From the NCBI RefSeq assembly GCF_009914755.1, contig NC_060947.1: a DNA stretch of 64,000 nt. One strand, given 5' to 3'. Origin of the DNA: the human T2T-CHM13v2.0 reference genome, Homo sapiens. The notes beneath the pieces are model-generated. The model did not search any database and was not told the origin of the DNA. It was given only the letters and a program-made list of their open reading frames with translations. The position numbers and the translations under genes are program-made. Below, in pieces: positions 17,060 through 30,832 of the stretch. Each line of letters starts with the position of its first letter. Positions within the stretch are counted from its first letter, which is position 1.

Positions 17060-18935
17060 CTTCTTTATTTTTATTATTTTAAACTGAACAGATAAAATGG
17101 AATGTGTCTATCATGTATCTAATGTTTGAAGTATATACATTGTAGAATGAATAAATATAGCTAATTAACATATGCATCATCCCACAAAGTTATCATTTTG
17201 TATTGAGAACACTTACCATCTACTCTCTTAGCATTTATCAATAATACAACATATTATGATCACCTGTAGTCACCGTGTCGTACAATGTATCTCTGCAGCT
17301 TATTCCTTCAGTCTAACAGAAATTTGGTATCCTTTGAGCAATGTCTTTCCAGCCACCACCACCGAGCCCCTAGTCACCACCATTCTACGCTCTACCTCTG
17401 TGAGACTTCTTAATTTTTTATTATTTTATTTTTAAATTTTTGTTAACTTTTATGTTAGGTTCAGGGGTACATGTGCAGGCTCGTTATAAAGGGAAGTTGC
17501 GTGTCACACGGGTTTGGTGTACACATTATTTCATCACCCAGGTAATCAGCATAATAGCTGATAGGTAGCTTTTCAACCCTCACCCTCCTCCCCATCCTTT
17601 ACCCCCAAGTAGACACGGGTGTCTGTTGTTCCCTTCTTTGTGTCCATGTATACCGATGTTTAGCTCTTGCTTATAAATGGAAAAAGGTGGTATTCCATTT
17701 TCTGTTCCCACGTGAGTTCGCTTAGAGTAATGGCCTCCAGCTCCATCCATGTTGCTGCAAAAGACATGATCTCGTTTTTTTATGGCTGCATAGTATTCCG
17801 TGCTGTTTATGTACCACATTGTCTTTATCCAGTCTGCTGCTGATGGGCCTTTAGGTTGATTCAAAATCTTTGCTATTGTGAATAGTGCTGTCAAGAACAT
17901 ACGCATGCGTATGTCTTAATGGTAGAATGATATATATCCTTTGGGTATATATCCAGTAATGTGATTGCTGAGATGAATGGTATTTCTAAGTTCTTGCAGA
18001 AATCACCAAACTGCTTTCTACAATGGCTGAACTAAGTTACATTCCCATAAACAGTGTATAGGTGTTCTCTTTTCATTTCTTTCAAGGCAGCAGGTTTCTT
18101 TCTGGCCTAGGGTGTGTCTAGAAATGTTATCCAGGAGCGAGTGCCTGGAGCAGGGGCTTCACAACCCCGACCGGTGCCCTGTCCCGCTGTAGTTGAGCTG
18201 GTATTCAAGATGCAAGAAAAAAAACGCTCCTCACTATTCCATCTCCTCAAGTGGAAGGAGGGGGTCTTTTATGGAGCCGCTAGCTGGGCAGTCTGGGGCT
18301 AGGGCAGGGGTGACACCAGCACTCACTTGGCTGCCCCAGCTGGTATCTCAGGAGGTCATGTGCACCCCTCCACATACCCGCCACAATCCACTGCCTCTGG
18401 GCCCAATTCTATGCTAGAACTCACCTACGAGTTAGAGATCTTATGGCCTAGACTGCCTTTAAGGTTGTCTGAGAAACCTGGAACCGTTTCTTAGCCCTTG
18501 GTGGCAAGGTTTGCAGAAACTCAAGTTCTGATTCCTGGGATGGGTAATTTCCCTCTGGCTAGAGGTGGTTTCAATGCTCCCTTCCCAGATGGGAGTCAGC
18601 TAAGTTTGGTCTGGTTTTCCTTTCTCCTGTAAGAGACAGCACCGAGGTCAGCGACCCACAACTGCTCTGCTCTTGCTCGTCCAGCTTCCAGAGATGCTCT
18701 TTACACCATACTGCCACTGCCTAGGATAGGGAAGGGGTGGGGTCAGCGATTTAAGACTGTTTCTTCTAACTCTTCAGTGCCTCTTTCAGTGATACCGCCA
18801 GGTACTATGAGAGTTCCCCTGATTTTGGGTTCTTATGGAGGTGTTTTCTACTGTGTGGATCGTTGTTAAATTTGTGTCCTTGCGAGGGGGCTGATCTGGG
18901 CAGCCTTCTATTCTGCTTTTCTTGCTCCGCCTCTC
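17060..18935 (-). mobile_element. Cluster of old L1 fragments (L1M 3' end, L1PB-like 3' end with ORF2 C-terminus, L1 5'UTR-like piece)
   Basis: ORF 17580..17906(-) MFLTALFTIAK...MWYINSTEYYAAIKK is the L1 ORF2 C-terminus, with flanking L1 3'UTR and 5'UTR motifs. Mirror at ~28957-30832(+). Confidence 0.75.
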
Positions 18936-20457
18936 TCAGCTTAGTTTTGGTTTGGTTTTGTTTGTTTTTCCTCTGCAATGCCTAAGGCTAAAGAATGTGA
19001 TCCCGTATTACTATCCTAAATATGAAAAATTCTTTAATGTCTCGTGCTGGGTGGAAATAGTAGTTTGCAATGAGGAATACCTTCAATTGTACATATCAAA
19101 GAGTAAGAAAAAAAGCATTGGGATTTTTTGTTTTTACCTTGTGGTCCGACAACTTGAAAGAATATTCTTTTATTCCAAAGATGGTACGTGTGGGATTTTG
19201 TTCCGGAAATCAGTGCTAGGTATTTAGGTATTTGGTTGGAGAAAAGCAAACTGGTTTTTGTCTATTGATATTTAGTATATTTTATTTTTTCATGTTATCC
19301 ATGACAGTGTTATGACTTAGCAAACAACAGTTACAAATAACTAAAATTGTAATTGCTCCTGCATTTCTATTTAACTCCCTCATGTATCCTGAGAAGACCT
19401 TCTTGTTTTACCTAATGATCTCTCCAACATCCCCTGAACTCTCAAGAGGTAGACACTATGTGAAGGTCAATTCAAAGACAGAAACTAAAACCCCATCCAC
19501 GGGTGACTCCATGGTGAATCCCTGTGGTGTCTTTTCCCGCTAACTGATGTGTATCCACCAAGCAGTTTTCTTTTTCAGTATAAATATTATACTGTTTGAC
19601 ATTTTAAGACACATGGTAATCAAAATCTATAGCCTTAATTAAATGATGACTTTCAGGAAATTATCATGCAAAATGGAAGTGTTAGGAAGCCGATAATAGA
19701 CACACTCTCCTAAAAATGATCTCACCACATCACACCTAACCCTTCTCACCACCTTGCAGTTCACATTCCATGGGAAAAAGCTCCTCATACTTAAGAGTGT
19801 TTTACTTTCCTTTTCCCAAGTCATGGCGATTTTGAATATTCACCCTTTGCGGATATCAACACATTTCTAAAGTATACTTATCTTGATTAAAGACTGCTGA
19901 GGTCATTAAAACACTAACAAATATTTAAGATGCATTGAACATTTTGTTTTAGAATTGGCTTTTCAATCATTTCATCACAAGCAATGCTTTCCTGCCGTTT
20001 ACTTACTCCTACATCTACTATCTTCTTTTGTATTGTGCTTTGTGTTTTACAGAACATTTGCTCTTTATAAAGCATCTATTTCTAGCCTAGGAAAATATCA
20101 AATGGAAAGGGGATGGGAATACCTTTGATATGTCCATTCAGCAGAACTATGTGCTGCCGGGTACAGTTGCGTGAACATATACACATCTCCACTTCCTGTG
20201 AGATAAAATTTTAAGAAGAAAATTTTCTTTAGGAATCAGTCCTCCCCCAGGCCTTATTTACAATGTCTGGCTTACTGTCAACCTGTGGGTCTGTCCACCA
20301 ACCCTACAGGACCTCATATCCCTCCCTTCTCAAATGCCTACCTCTTCCCTTCCCTTCCCTTCCCCCGCCACCATCAGAAAACAGGCAGAGATATACACAG
20401 CCATCAGCTTCTCAAACTTTATTTTCATTGCCCAAGGTTGAGAGATGTAGCTTCTTG

Positions 20458-21398
20458 CTACTTTGCAGGTATTTCAACCATTATTTCCATGAATTCCTCC
20501 TCCTCCATTTGGAGGGGGTTGATTCTGTTCTCTCGGGCGTGGTCATTCAGCAGTTCCTCTGGAGATGTTCTTTTCACGTTCCTCCTGTAGCGAACCACTA
20601 GTATGGTCGAGGACTCAGATGTTTTCATTTTTTTAGGAGCAGGTTGCGGGTCTGAGTCCCCAGTTGGGGTCTCCGGCATCTGTTAAGAAAGCAGGGAGAG
20701 GCCAGGAGGACATTATTTTGGGTGAACAGGATAGAGACTGGATAGCAAGGGGACTTCATGAGAAGAAGGAATGCGGGTTGAGGAAGGGGTTTGATCCAGA
20801 GAAGAAGAAGGTTGAAGCACAGAGTAGGGATCTATGGGGAAGAAGAAGAGGAGCGTGGGTAGGGTCACCTGTGAGTCCAAACTGCACCATTTTGTCAGTT
20901 CTTTGCTATTTTGCAGACCTTGGTCAAAGTGAAACATCCCATGGGGGTTCAGGCCGTGAGAAACATCCTGCCTAACCACCTGTCCGCAAGGCGGACAAAG
21001 GCCCAACTGAAGAAACATCCCTATCATATCTTGCTTGGCAGCGTTCTAAGGAACACCACAATGATATTCCACCAGAAAAAGGGCCAAACCACCTGATCAT
21101 AAGAACATCTTATCAATATCCTGCCGGGCAGCAAGCCATACTGCCCAGGCCCCTCCCACCCCTACCTACAAGCACCCCAGCCTGTAAGCGGCGGTGGGCT
21201 CTGGCATTAAGCGGGCCCCCCACTTCCACAATGGTCTGCAATATTCCTGTGTTGTTGTTTGAGCCGCCCCCGCTCTGTGTGTCTTTCTTTCACCCTCGCC
21301 TTCACTTCAGAACCTAACAGTCTTACCATCTCGTTGGCCTCGTTGGAATCACAGGGGACGCTCCTCTTCACCCCGCCGGCACTGGATTGTTTGTCCAT
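20458..21398 (-). CDS. SPANXA1: SPANX-A sperm nuclear protein, 97 aa; exon 1 CDS 21398-21327, intron 21326-20680 (647 bp, GT-AG), exon 2 CDS 20679-20458
   Basis: Spliced product [97 protein letters not shown] is recognisable as SPANX-A. Donor ATG|GTAAGA, acceptor ttaacag|ATG, polyA signal AATAAA at 20423-20418. The A1/A2 labels come from recalled gene order. Confidence 0.93.
20870..21319 (+). mobile_element. ERV1 solo LTR (~450 bp) in the SPANX intron, antisense to the gene
   Basis: TG...CA termini (TGTGAGTCCAAACTGCACC...AGAACCTAACA). An intronic LTR is an established feature of primate SPANX genes, and the segment is absent from the paralogous intron at 62959-63147. Confidence 0.8.
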
Positions 21399-21439
21399 TG
21401 TATATATTGGTTCTTCAATGTCAGTGGCAGGCTTTTGTA

Positions 21440-21640
21440 GGTTTTGAATCTTCTCAGTGGCCCGGAGCTCTTGCCCTCCCTATGTATACCCTCCTGGTGA
21501 CAAGGCAAAGCCACACCCTTGAGCTTTGTTTGATCATACAGGCAGTGTCCCAGCCAATGGCAGCCCTAGGGTGGCTTCACATCACAAAGCCCCACTGCTG
21601 ACCACTCCCTGGGCTTGCGGGCGAGGGGTGACAGGGGTGT
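21440..21640 (-). promoter_or_regulatory. SPANX core promoter (TATACATA at 21488-21481; upstream TGTGATGTGAAGCC element)
   Basis: TATA-like box ~90 nt upstream of the ATG; the block is conserved with the diverged paralog at 62400-62570. Confidence 0.7.
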
Positions 21641-22132
21641 AGAGCAAACCAAATGCTGTTGTTGTTTCAGCATCCCCTGAAGATGCATCCCAAACCGATC
21701 TGCCGCCGCTCCTCATTTCTCCATGTTTAATGTTCACGGTTCACATGGAAGTCAGAGGATGATTCCTTCAAGCCCTTCCCCACAGCCATTCCTATTAAGT
21801 GATTCATTCTTTTGTCTTCCAGCCCTCACCATGACTTAGTATTTTCGATGTCTCACCTCAAATCCCCCAAGCTAGTGTGGCTACATTTATTTATTGGCGG
21901 AGATGTGAATTATCCCATTTCCCTCCTACAGTTCCTTCACATGCACCTCGAAGACCATTTACTTTTGGGCTACTGCCAGGCAAATTTCAACCCATGTTCT
22001 TTTACCCAGTGTCCGTGTAGTTCAAGTTTCCTATTTCCAATCTGAAATAATGGCCTTCAGTCTGTCAAAACTTTAGTGAATAAACATTCTTTACCGTGTA
22101 TCCTAGTCTTGTTTCAAATCAGGGGTGTATAT

Positions 22133-22425
<293 letters not shown>

Positions 22426-23410
22426 AGGACGGCCATTATTAAAACCACCATTGACAAGTAAATTTTGGTTACTTCTGTAGCATACAACAATTTAACATAA
22501 AGTTTATAATTAATAACATACAGAAGTTATTTCAGAATTATAAGAGTTTCCCATAATTTTGGAGCACATATCAATGACATTTCTATAAATACAGCCCAAA
22601 GAAAGTCAAACAGCATTTTATATTTGACGATGCTTCTTGTATGATTTTTATACCAAATAAGACCAATATGTCTCTTTTGGACTTCAGAGGACTCATATCA
22701 AAAAATTAATGAGGAATCAAGTTAGAATTTGACTTTGGAAAGTTCGTCAAAGATAAAAAATTTAAAATGCTTGATATCACGAAATAGGGTCATGGGTCAT
22801 TGTAAAATAAGTCATTCATTTAACCAAAGCAGTAACTCAAAGATTTCAAAAAAGAAAAAAAAAAAAAGGTGAAAATCTTTATTCTTTGAGAGAGGAGGCT
22901 TAATATCCCAAACAATAAGCCCTAATTAAAAACAGGATGGGCAAATGAAATTTGTTTTTTTGAAATTTTATAATAAAAGTTTAATCATCTTGAGTATAAA
23001 ATATAATTTCTATAAACCTTGTAACCTTTATCATTTTGCATGAAGGAGTGAGTTAATGCTCCAAGAAAGCCTTGTTAAACTGACACAGCAACCTAGATAC
23101 TGGTTTTGCTTTAGTGTGCCTTTGATATTAATGGTTAATTCCTAGAGAAACTGAGCTACTTTTCTCTTAATATCAGCCCTTACAATCTCACATGCCCACC
23201 TCTTCCACGATAGTCCTTGGGCCTTGAGGAGTTGAATAGTTTTAATTTCTGGCCCTGCATCTCATGAACGCAGTTTACTTTGATTAGCATCTTCTACTGG
23301 GCCTGAAGATGAGGCTGTAATTGCTGTCAGTGTTTAAGATATAGCAGAACTTGGTGTCCTTTTTAGACCCAGAAGTCAAAGCCCTATAACTCAATGGCAC
23401 AAGGACTTTA

Positions 23411-23759
<349 letters not shown>

Positions 23760-24132
23760 CATTTTTAGCATGAGGCCACAACAAACAGAACACAAGAGAA
23801 AAAAAGAAAAAACTTATATGAGCTGAAAATGAGTTGAAAGAGAGAGTTATTATTTTCACCTTTTAAAAGAGGAGAGTAAACCGAAAATGGTGAGATGTGA
23901 TAAAAGTTAAACTTTGGGTTTAAACAATTAAAATCTTTTAATTTATTAAGAGTAAATCAACTCCTTAAGAAAATTTTATTGTTCTGATGAATTTTTTTAG
24001 TGTTTTTTTAATATCATAAGCTAAATCTGGAAAGACTATTATAAATAATTTCCCTTTAATTATAGACAACTTTATACAAATCATTTATCACAGCTTGGAC
24101 TTTCTGTTTTATCCCTTCCTCTTTCTTTATTC

Positions 24133-24423
24133 CTTTGAGATACAGTCTTGCTCCGTCGCCCAGGCTAGAGTCGTGCAGTGGCGCCATCTCGGCTCCCTGC
24201 AACCTCCACCTCCCATGTACAAGCAATTCTCCTGCCTCAGCCTCCGGAGTAGCTGGGACTAGAGGCACGTGTCACCACACCTGGCTAATTTTTGTATTTT
24301 TAGTAGAGACAGGGATTTGCCACGTTGGCCAGGCTGGTCTCGAACTCCTGACCTCAGGTGATCCATCCACCTCGGCCTCCCAAAATGCTGGAATTAACAA
24401 GCATGAGCCACCATGCCCAGGCT
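24133..24423 (-). mobile_element. Alu
   Basis: Antisense dimeric Alu. Confidence 0.93.
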
Positions 24424-26251
24424 TCCTTTTTCTTAAATAACCAGTTATTTTATTTTAGAACAAAAATTTACTATACAAGATTCTTGCTCAGATAAAATTA
24501 TTTTCCTTTTAACCTTTTGTGCCAAAAATGCCTGTTCATAACTTCCTTCACATTGTTTTTATTCACTGATTACCTAATTTCATAAATAACTTTTAAATAA
24601 GCTTCGAATTAGACAAAAAGTATTTTCCTTTAAGATCACATTTCTTTTTTACAGAAAAATGTTATCCTATAATTAAAAAAATTGGAAATGACCCAGACGT
24701 GTAATAAATATCTATTATTTAGCTTAATATAACTTTGGATTTTAAATTATATGACAAGATAATCTACAAGAACTTATTCTGTTACATTTGTGTAATTAAT
24801 TAATTTTCTAATAGTTTACCCAGATTACTTATGAAAACTGTAATAGTTACCATTTAAAGTTATGTCCTTGTTAACCATTTTTATAACCTGTGAATTTCAG
24901 GTTGTCCTGAGTAAGAACATTAAGGTTAGATAAAGGGTCGTTTTTTTGTTCGTTTGTTTGTTTTTGTTTTTTTGGCAATAACTCAGGATTTAGCTATTTT
25001 CATTAACCAAACAATATTAAATTCCTTACTTACTAAATCTTACATAAACAAAGATAATTCTTATTTGAGCTGCATTCATAGCTTTAGAACCCTCATGCCA
25101 AATGTTGACATCTAGCAGAGATAAATAATGTATGTTGAGAATTCCAAAGCCATTTCTAATTCAATTTCACTAAAATTTTTAAAACCAGCTTGTTTATTGA
25201 AGATTTGCTTAAGTCACATGAACTTGAAAAAGCATTTGGCTTAAAGTCTATTTTTCTGAAAAGCATTAGATTTAAGTGCCTTTGTTAAGCCAATTAATTA
25301 GAGCTTTTTTCTACATTTTAAGTAGTGAAATGTCATATCCATGACACATAAATACATAGATGTATTAGACATGTAGATAGAAGTAGATCTTATAAATTCC
25401 TAAGGCCTTTATTTTTTCCTCGTATTTTAGATTTACAATTTCTTCATAACCTATTTTATTGCCCTAGGCAATTGTCAGCTAGATAGCCCTAAATGTGCAT
25501 ATTAAAGGAACCCTTAGGTAAAAAAAATCAGATAGTGAAATTTGCATCTCAAAGCACCGAGAGAAAGAGTCTGGTGATGTTAGAGGGAGATTGAAGATGG
25601 ATGCCAAATCAAACACAAAATTGTAGAAATATATTATAGGATTGTATAAGGAGACCAGTTGTATTTAGATAGGGACTACCTGTCTTTTAACTGGATCTCT
25701 GAGCTCTGGGCAGAGCCCACACTGAATCCTAGGTCTCCAAAAAGGGAGAATTACTATGAGGCTACACCAAGTGACGGTTTTACAGTGTACTTTTTTTTTT
25801 TTTTTTAACAAAGACATTTCTAAGTGTCCAAGCTACTTTCTTCCTTAAAAATCCAAGAATACTCTCTGTTGTAATAACTGTTTTAGTCAAAAACTTAGAA
25901 TTACCATTCATCTCAGCAGTAGCCCAAAAGTAAATGGTCTTCGAGGTGCATGTGAAGGAACTGTAGGAGGGAAATGGGATAATTCACATCTCCGCCAATA
26001 AATAAATGTAGCCACACTAGCGTGGGGGATTTGAGGTGAGACATCGAAAATACTAAGTCATGGTGAGGGCTGGAAGACAAAAGAATGAATCACTTAATAG
26101 GAATGGCTGTGGGGAAGGGCTTGAAGGAATCATCCTCTGACTTCCATGTGAACCGTGAACATTAAACATGGAGAAATGAGGAGCGGCGGCAGATCGGTTT
26201 GGGATGCATCTTCAGGGGATGCTGAAACAACAGCAGCATTTGGTTTGCTCT

Positions 26252-26452
26252 ACACCCCTGTCACCCCTCGCCCGCAAGCCCAGGGAGTGGTCAGCAGTGG
26301 GGCTTTGTGATGTGAAGCCACCCTAGGGCTGCCATTGGCTGGGACACTGCCTGTATGATCAAACAAAGCTCAAGGGTGTGGCTTTGCCTTGTCACCAGGA
26401 GGGTATACATAGGGAGGGCAAGAGCTCCGGGCCACTGAGAAGATTCAAAACC
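26252..26452 (+). promoter_or_regulatory. SPANX core promoter (TATACATA at 26404-26411)
   Basis: Mirror of 21440-21640. Confidence 0.7.
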
Positions 26453-26493
26453 TACAAAAGCCTGCCACTGACATTGAAGAACCAATATATACA

Positions 26494-27434
26494 ATGGACA
26501 AACAATCCAGTGCCGGCGGGGTGAAGAGGAGCGTCCCCTGTGATTCCAACGAGGCCAACGAGATGTTAAGACTGTTAGGTTCTGAAGTGAAGGCGAGGGT
26601 GAAAGAAAGACACACAGAGCGGGGGCGGCTCAAACAACAACACAGGAATATTGCAGACCATTGTGGAAGTGGGGGGCCCGCTTAATGCCAGAGCCCACCG
26701 CCGCTTACAGGCTGGGGTGCTTGTAGGTAGGGGTGGGAGGGGCCTGGGCAGTATGGCTTGCTGCCCGGCAGGATATTGATAAGATGTTCTTATGATCAGG
26801 TGGTTTGGCCCTTTTTCTGGTGGAATATCATTGTGGTGTTCCTTAGAACGCTGCCAAGCAAGATATGATAGGGATGTTTCTTCAGTTGGGCCTTTGTCCG
26901 CCTTGCGGACAGGTGGTTAGGCAGGATGTTTCTCACGGCCTGAACCCCCATGGGATGTTTCACTTTGACCAAGGTCTGCAAAATAGCAAAGAACTGACAA
27001 AATGGTGCAGTTTGGACTCACAGGTGACCCTACCCACGCTCCTCTTCTTCTTCCCCATAGATCCCTACTCTGTGCTTCAACCTTCTTCTTCTCTGGATCA
27101 AACCCCTTCCTCAACCCGCATTCCTTCTTCTCATGAAGTCCCCTTGCTATCCAGTCTCTATCCTGTTCACCCAAAATAATGTCCTCCTGGCCTCTCCCTG
27201 CTTTCTTAACAGATGCCGGAGACCCCAACTGGGGACTCAGACCCGCAACCTGCTCCTAAAAAAATGAAAACATCTGAGTCCTCGACCATACTAGTGGTTC
27301 GCTACAGGAGGAACTTTAAAAGAACATCTCCAGAGGAACTGCTGAATGACCACGCCCGAGAGAACAGAATCAACCCCCTCCAAATGGAGGAGGAGGAATT
27401 CATGGAAATAATGGTTGAAATACCTGCAAAGTAG
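26494..27434 (+). CDS. SPANXA2: SPANX-A second copy, 97 codons; exon 1 CDS 26494-26565, intron 26566-27212, exon 2 CDS 27213-27434; donor is non-canonical TT
   Basis: Same protein as the minus copy except F59 (RRNFKRTS). Donor reads ATG|TTAAGA, acceptor intact, AATAAA at 27469-27474. May be splice-defective in this haplotype. Confidence 0.85.
26573..27022 (-). mobile_element. ERV1 solo LTR in the SPANX intron (mirror copy)
   Basis: Reverse complement of 20870-21319. Confidence 0.8.
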
Positions 27435-28956
27435 CAAGAAGCTACATCTCTCAACCTTGGGCAATGAAAATAAAGTTTGAGAAGCTGATGGCTGTGTATA
27501 TCTCTGCCTGTTTTCTGATGGTGGCGGGGGAAGGGAAGGGAAGGGAAGAGGTAGGCATTTGAGAAGGGAGGGATATGAGGTCCTGTAGGGTTGGTGGACA
27601 GACCCACAGGTTGACAGTAAGCCAGACATTGTAAATAAGGCCTGGGGGAGGACTGATTCCTAAAGAAAATTTTCTTCTTAAAATTTTATCTCACAGGAAG
27701 TGGAGATGTGTATATGTTCACGCAACTGTACCCGGCAGCACATAGTTCTGCTGAATGGACATATCAAAGGTATTCCCATCCCCTTTCCATTTGATATTTT
27801 CCTAGGCTAGAAATAGATGCTTTATAAAGAGCAAATGTTCTGTAAAACACAAAGCACAATACAAAAGAAGATAGTAGATGTAGGAGTAAGTAAACGGCAG
27901 GAAAGCATTGCTTGTGATGAAATGATTGAAAAGCCAATTCTAAAACAAAATGTTCAATGCATCTTAAATATTTGTTAGTGTTTTAATGACCTCAGCAGTC
28001 TTTAATCAAGATAAGTATACTTTAGAAATGTGTTGATATCCGCAAAGGGTGAATATTCAAAATCGCCATGACTTGGGAAAAGGAAAGTAAAACACTCTTA
28101 AGTATGAGGAGCTTTTTCCCATGGAATGTGAACTGCAAGGTGGTGAGAAGGGTTAGGTGTGATGTGGTGAGATCATTTTTAGGAGAGTGTGTCTATTATC
28201 GGCTTCCTAACACTTCCATTTTGCATGATAATTTCCTGAAAGTCATCATTTAATTAAGGCTATAGATTTTGATTACCATGTGTCTTAAAATGTCAAACAG
28301 TATAATATTTATACTGAAAAAGAAAACTGCTTGGTGGATACACATCGGTTAGCGGGAAAAGACACCACAGGGATTCACCATGGAGTCACCCGTGGATGGG
28401 GTTTTAGTTTCTGTCTTTGAATTGACCTTCACATAGTGTCTACCTCTTGAGAGTTCAGGGGATGTTGGAGAGATCATTAGGTAAAACAAGAAGGTCTTCT
28501 CAGGATACATGAGGGAGTTAAATAGAAATGCAGGAGCAATTACAATTTTAGTTATTTGTAACTGTTGTTTGCTAAGTCATAACACTGTCATGGATAACAT
28601 GAAAAAATAAAATATACTAAATATCAATAGACAAAAACCAGTTTGCTTTTCTCCAACCAAATACCTAAATACCTAGCACTGATTTCCGGAACAAAATCCC
28701 ACACGTACCATCTTTGGAATAAAAGAATATTCTTTCAAGTTGTCGGACCACAAGGTAAAAACAAAAAATCCCAATGCTTTTTTTCTTACTCTTTGATATG
28801 TACAATTGAAGGTATTCCTCATTGCAAACTACTATTTCCACCCAGCACGAGACATTAAAGAATTTTTCATATTTAGGATAGTAATACGGGATCACATTCT
28901 TTAGCCTTAGGCATTGCAGAGGAAAAACAAACAAAACCAAACCAAAACTAAGCTGA

Positions 28957-30832
28957 GAGAGGCGGAGCAAGAAAAGCAGAATAGAAGGCTGCCCAGATCA
29001 GCCCCCTCGCAAGGACACAAATTTAACAACGATCCACACAGTAGAAAACACCTCCATAAGAACCCAAAATCAGGGGAACTCTCATAGTACCTGGCGGTAT
29101 CACTGAAAGAGGCACTGAAGAGTTAGAAGAAACAGTCTTAAATCGCTGACCCCACCCCTTCCCTATCCTAGGCAGTGGCAGTATGGTGTAAAGAGCATCT
29201 CTGGAAGCTGGACGAGCAAGAGCAGAGCAGTTGTGGGTCGCTGACCTCGGTGCTGTCTCTTACAGGAGAAAGGAAAACCAGACCAAACTTAGCTGACTCC
29301 CATCTGGGAAGGGAGCATTGAAACCACCTCTAGCCAGAGGGAAATTACCCATCCCAGGAATCAGAACTTGAGTTTCTGCAAACCTTGCCACCAAGGGCTA
29401 AGAAACGGTTCCAGGTTTCTCAGACAACCTTAAAGGCAGTCTAGGCCATAAGATCTCTAACTCGTAGGTGAGTTCTAGCATAGAATTGGGCCCAGAGGCA
29501 GTGGATTGTGGCGGGTATGTGGAGGGGTGCACATGACCTCCTGAGATACCAGCTGGGGCAGCCAAGTGAGTGCTGGTGTCACCCCTGCCCTAGCCCCAGA
29601 CTGCCCAGCTAGCGGCTCCATAAAAGACCCCCTCCTTCCACTTGAGGAGATGGAATAGTGAGGAGCGTTTTTTTTCTTGCATCTTGAATACCAGCTCAAC
29701 TACAGCGGGACAGGGCACCGGTCGGGGTTGTGAAGCCCCTGCTCCAGGCACTCGCTCCTGGATAACATTTCTAGACACACCCTAGGCCAGAAAGAAACCT
29801 GCTGCCTTGAAAGAAATGAAAAGAGAACACCTATACACTGTTTATGGGAATGTAACTTAGTTCAGCCATTGTAGAAAGCAGTCTGGTGATTTCTGCAAGA
29901 ACTTAGAATTACCATTCATCTCAGCAATCACATTACTGGATATATACCCAAAGGATATATATCATTCTACCATTAAGACATACGCATGCGTATGTTCTTG
30001 ACAGCACTATTCACAATAGCAAAGATTTTGAATCAACCTAAAGGCCCATCAGCAGCAGACTGGATAAAGACAATGTGGTACATAAACAGCACGGAATACT
30101 ATGCAGCCATAAAAAAACGAGATCATGTCTTTTGCAGCAACATGGATGGAGCTGGAGGCCATTACTCTAAGCGAACTCACGTGGGAACAGAAAATGGAAT
30201 ACCACCTTTTTCCATTTATAAGCAAGAGCTAAACATCGGTACGCATGGACACAAAGAAGGGAACAACAGACACCCATGTCTACTTGGGGGTAAAGGATGG
30301 GGAGGAGGGTGAGGGTTGAAAAGCTACCTATCATCTATTATGCTGATTACCTGGGTGATGAAATAATGTGTACACCAAACCCGTGTGACACGCAACTTCC
30401 CTATATAACGAGCCTGCACATGTACCCCTGAACCTAACATAAAAGTTAACAAAAATTTAAAAATAAAATAATAAAAAACTAAGAAGTCTCACAGAGGTAG
30501 AGCGTAGAATGGTGGTGACTAGGGGCTCGGTGGTGGTGGCTGGAAAGACATTGCTCAAAGGATACCAAATTTCTGTTAGACTGAAGGAATAAGCTGCAGA
30601 GATACATTGTACGACACGGTGACTACAGGTGATCATAATATGTTGTATTATTGATAAATGCTAAGAGAGTAGATGGTAAGTGTTCTCAATACAAAATGAT
30701 AACTTTGTGGGATGATGCATATGTTAATTAGCTATATTTATTCATTCTACAATGTATATACTTCAAACATTAGATACATGATAGACACATTCCATTTTAT
30801 CTGTTCAGTTTAAAATAATAAAAATAAAGAAG
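28957..30832 (+). mobile_element. Old L1 fragment cluster (mirror of 17060-18935)
   Basis: ORF 29986..30312 is the L1 ORF2 C-terminus. Confidence 0.75.

Noticed and set aside
20263-21601. Several 60-112 aa ORFs overlapping the SPANX genes (and their mirrors at 26291-27629)
   Set aside because: Antisense or off-frame shadows and intronic LTR sequence. Their identity between arms reflects the duplication, not coding constraint.
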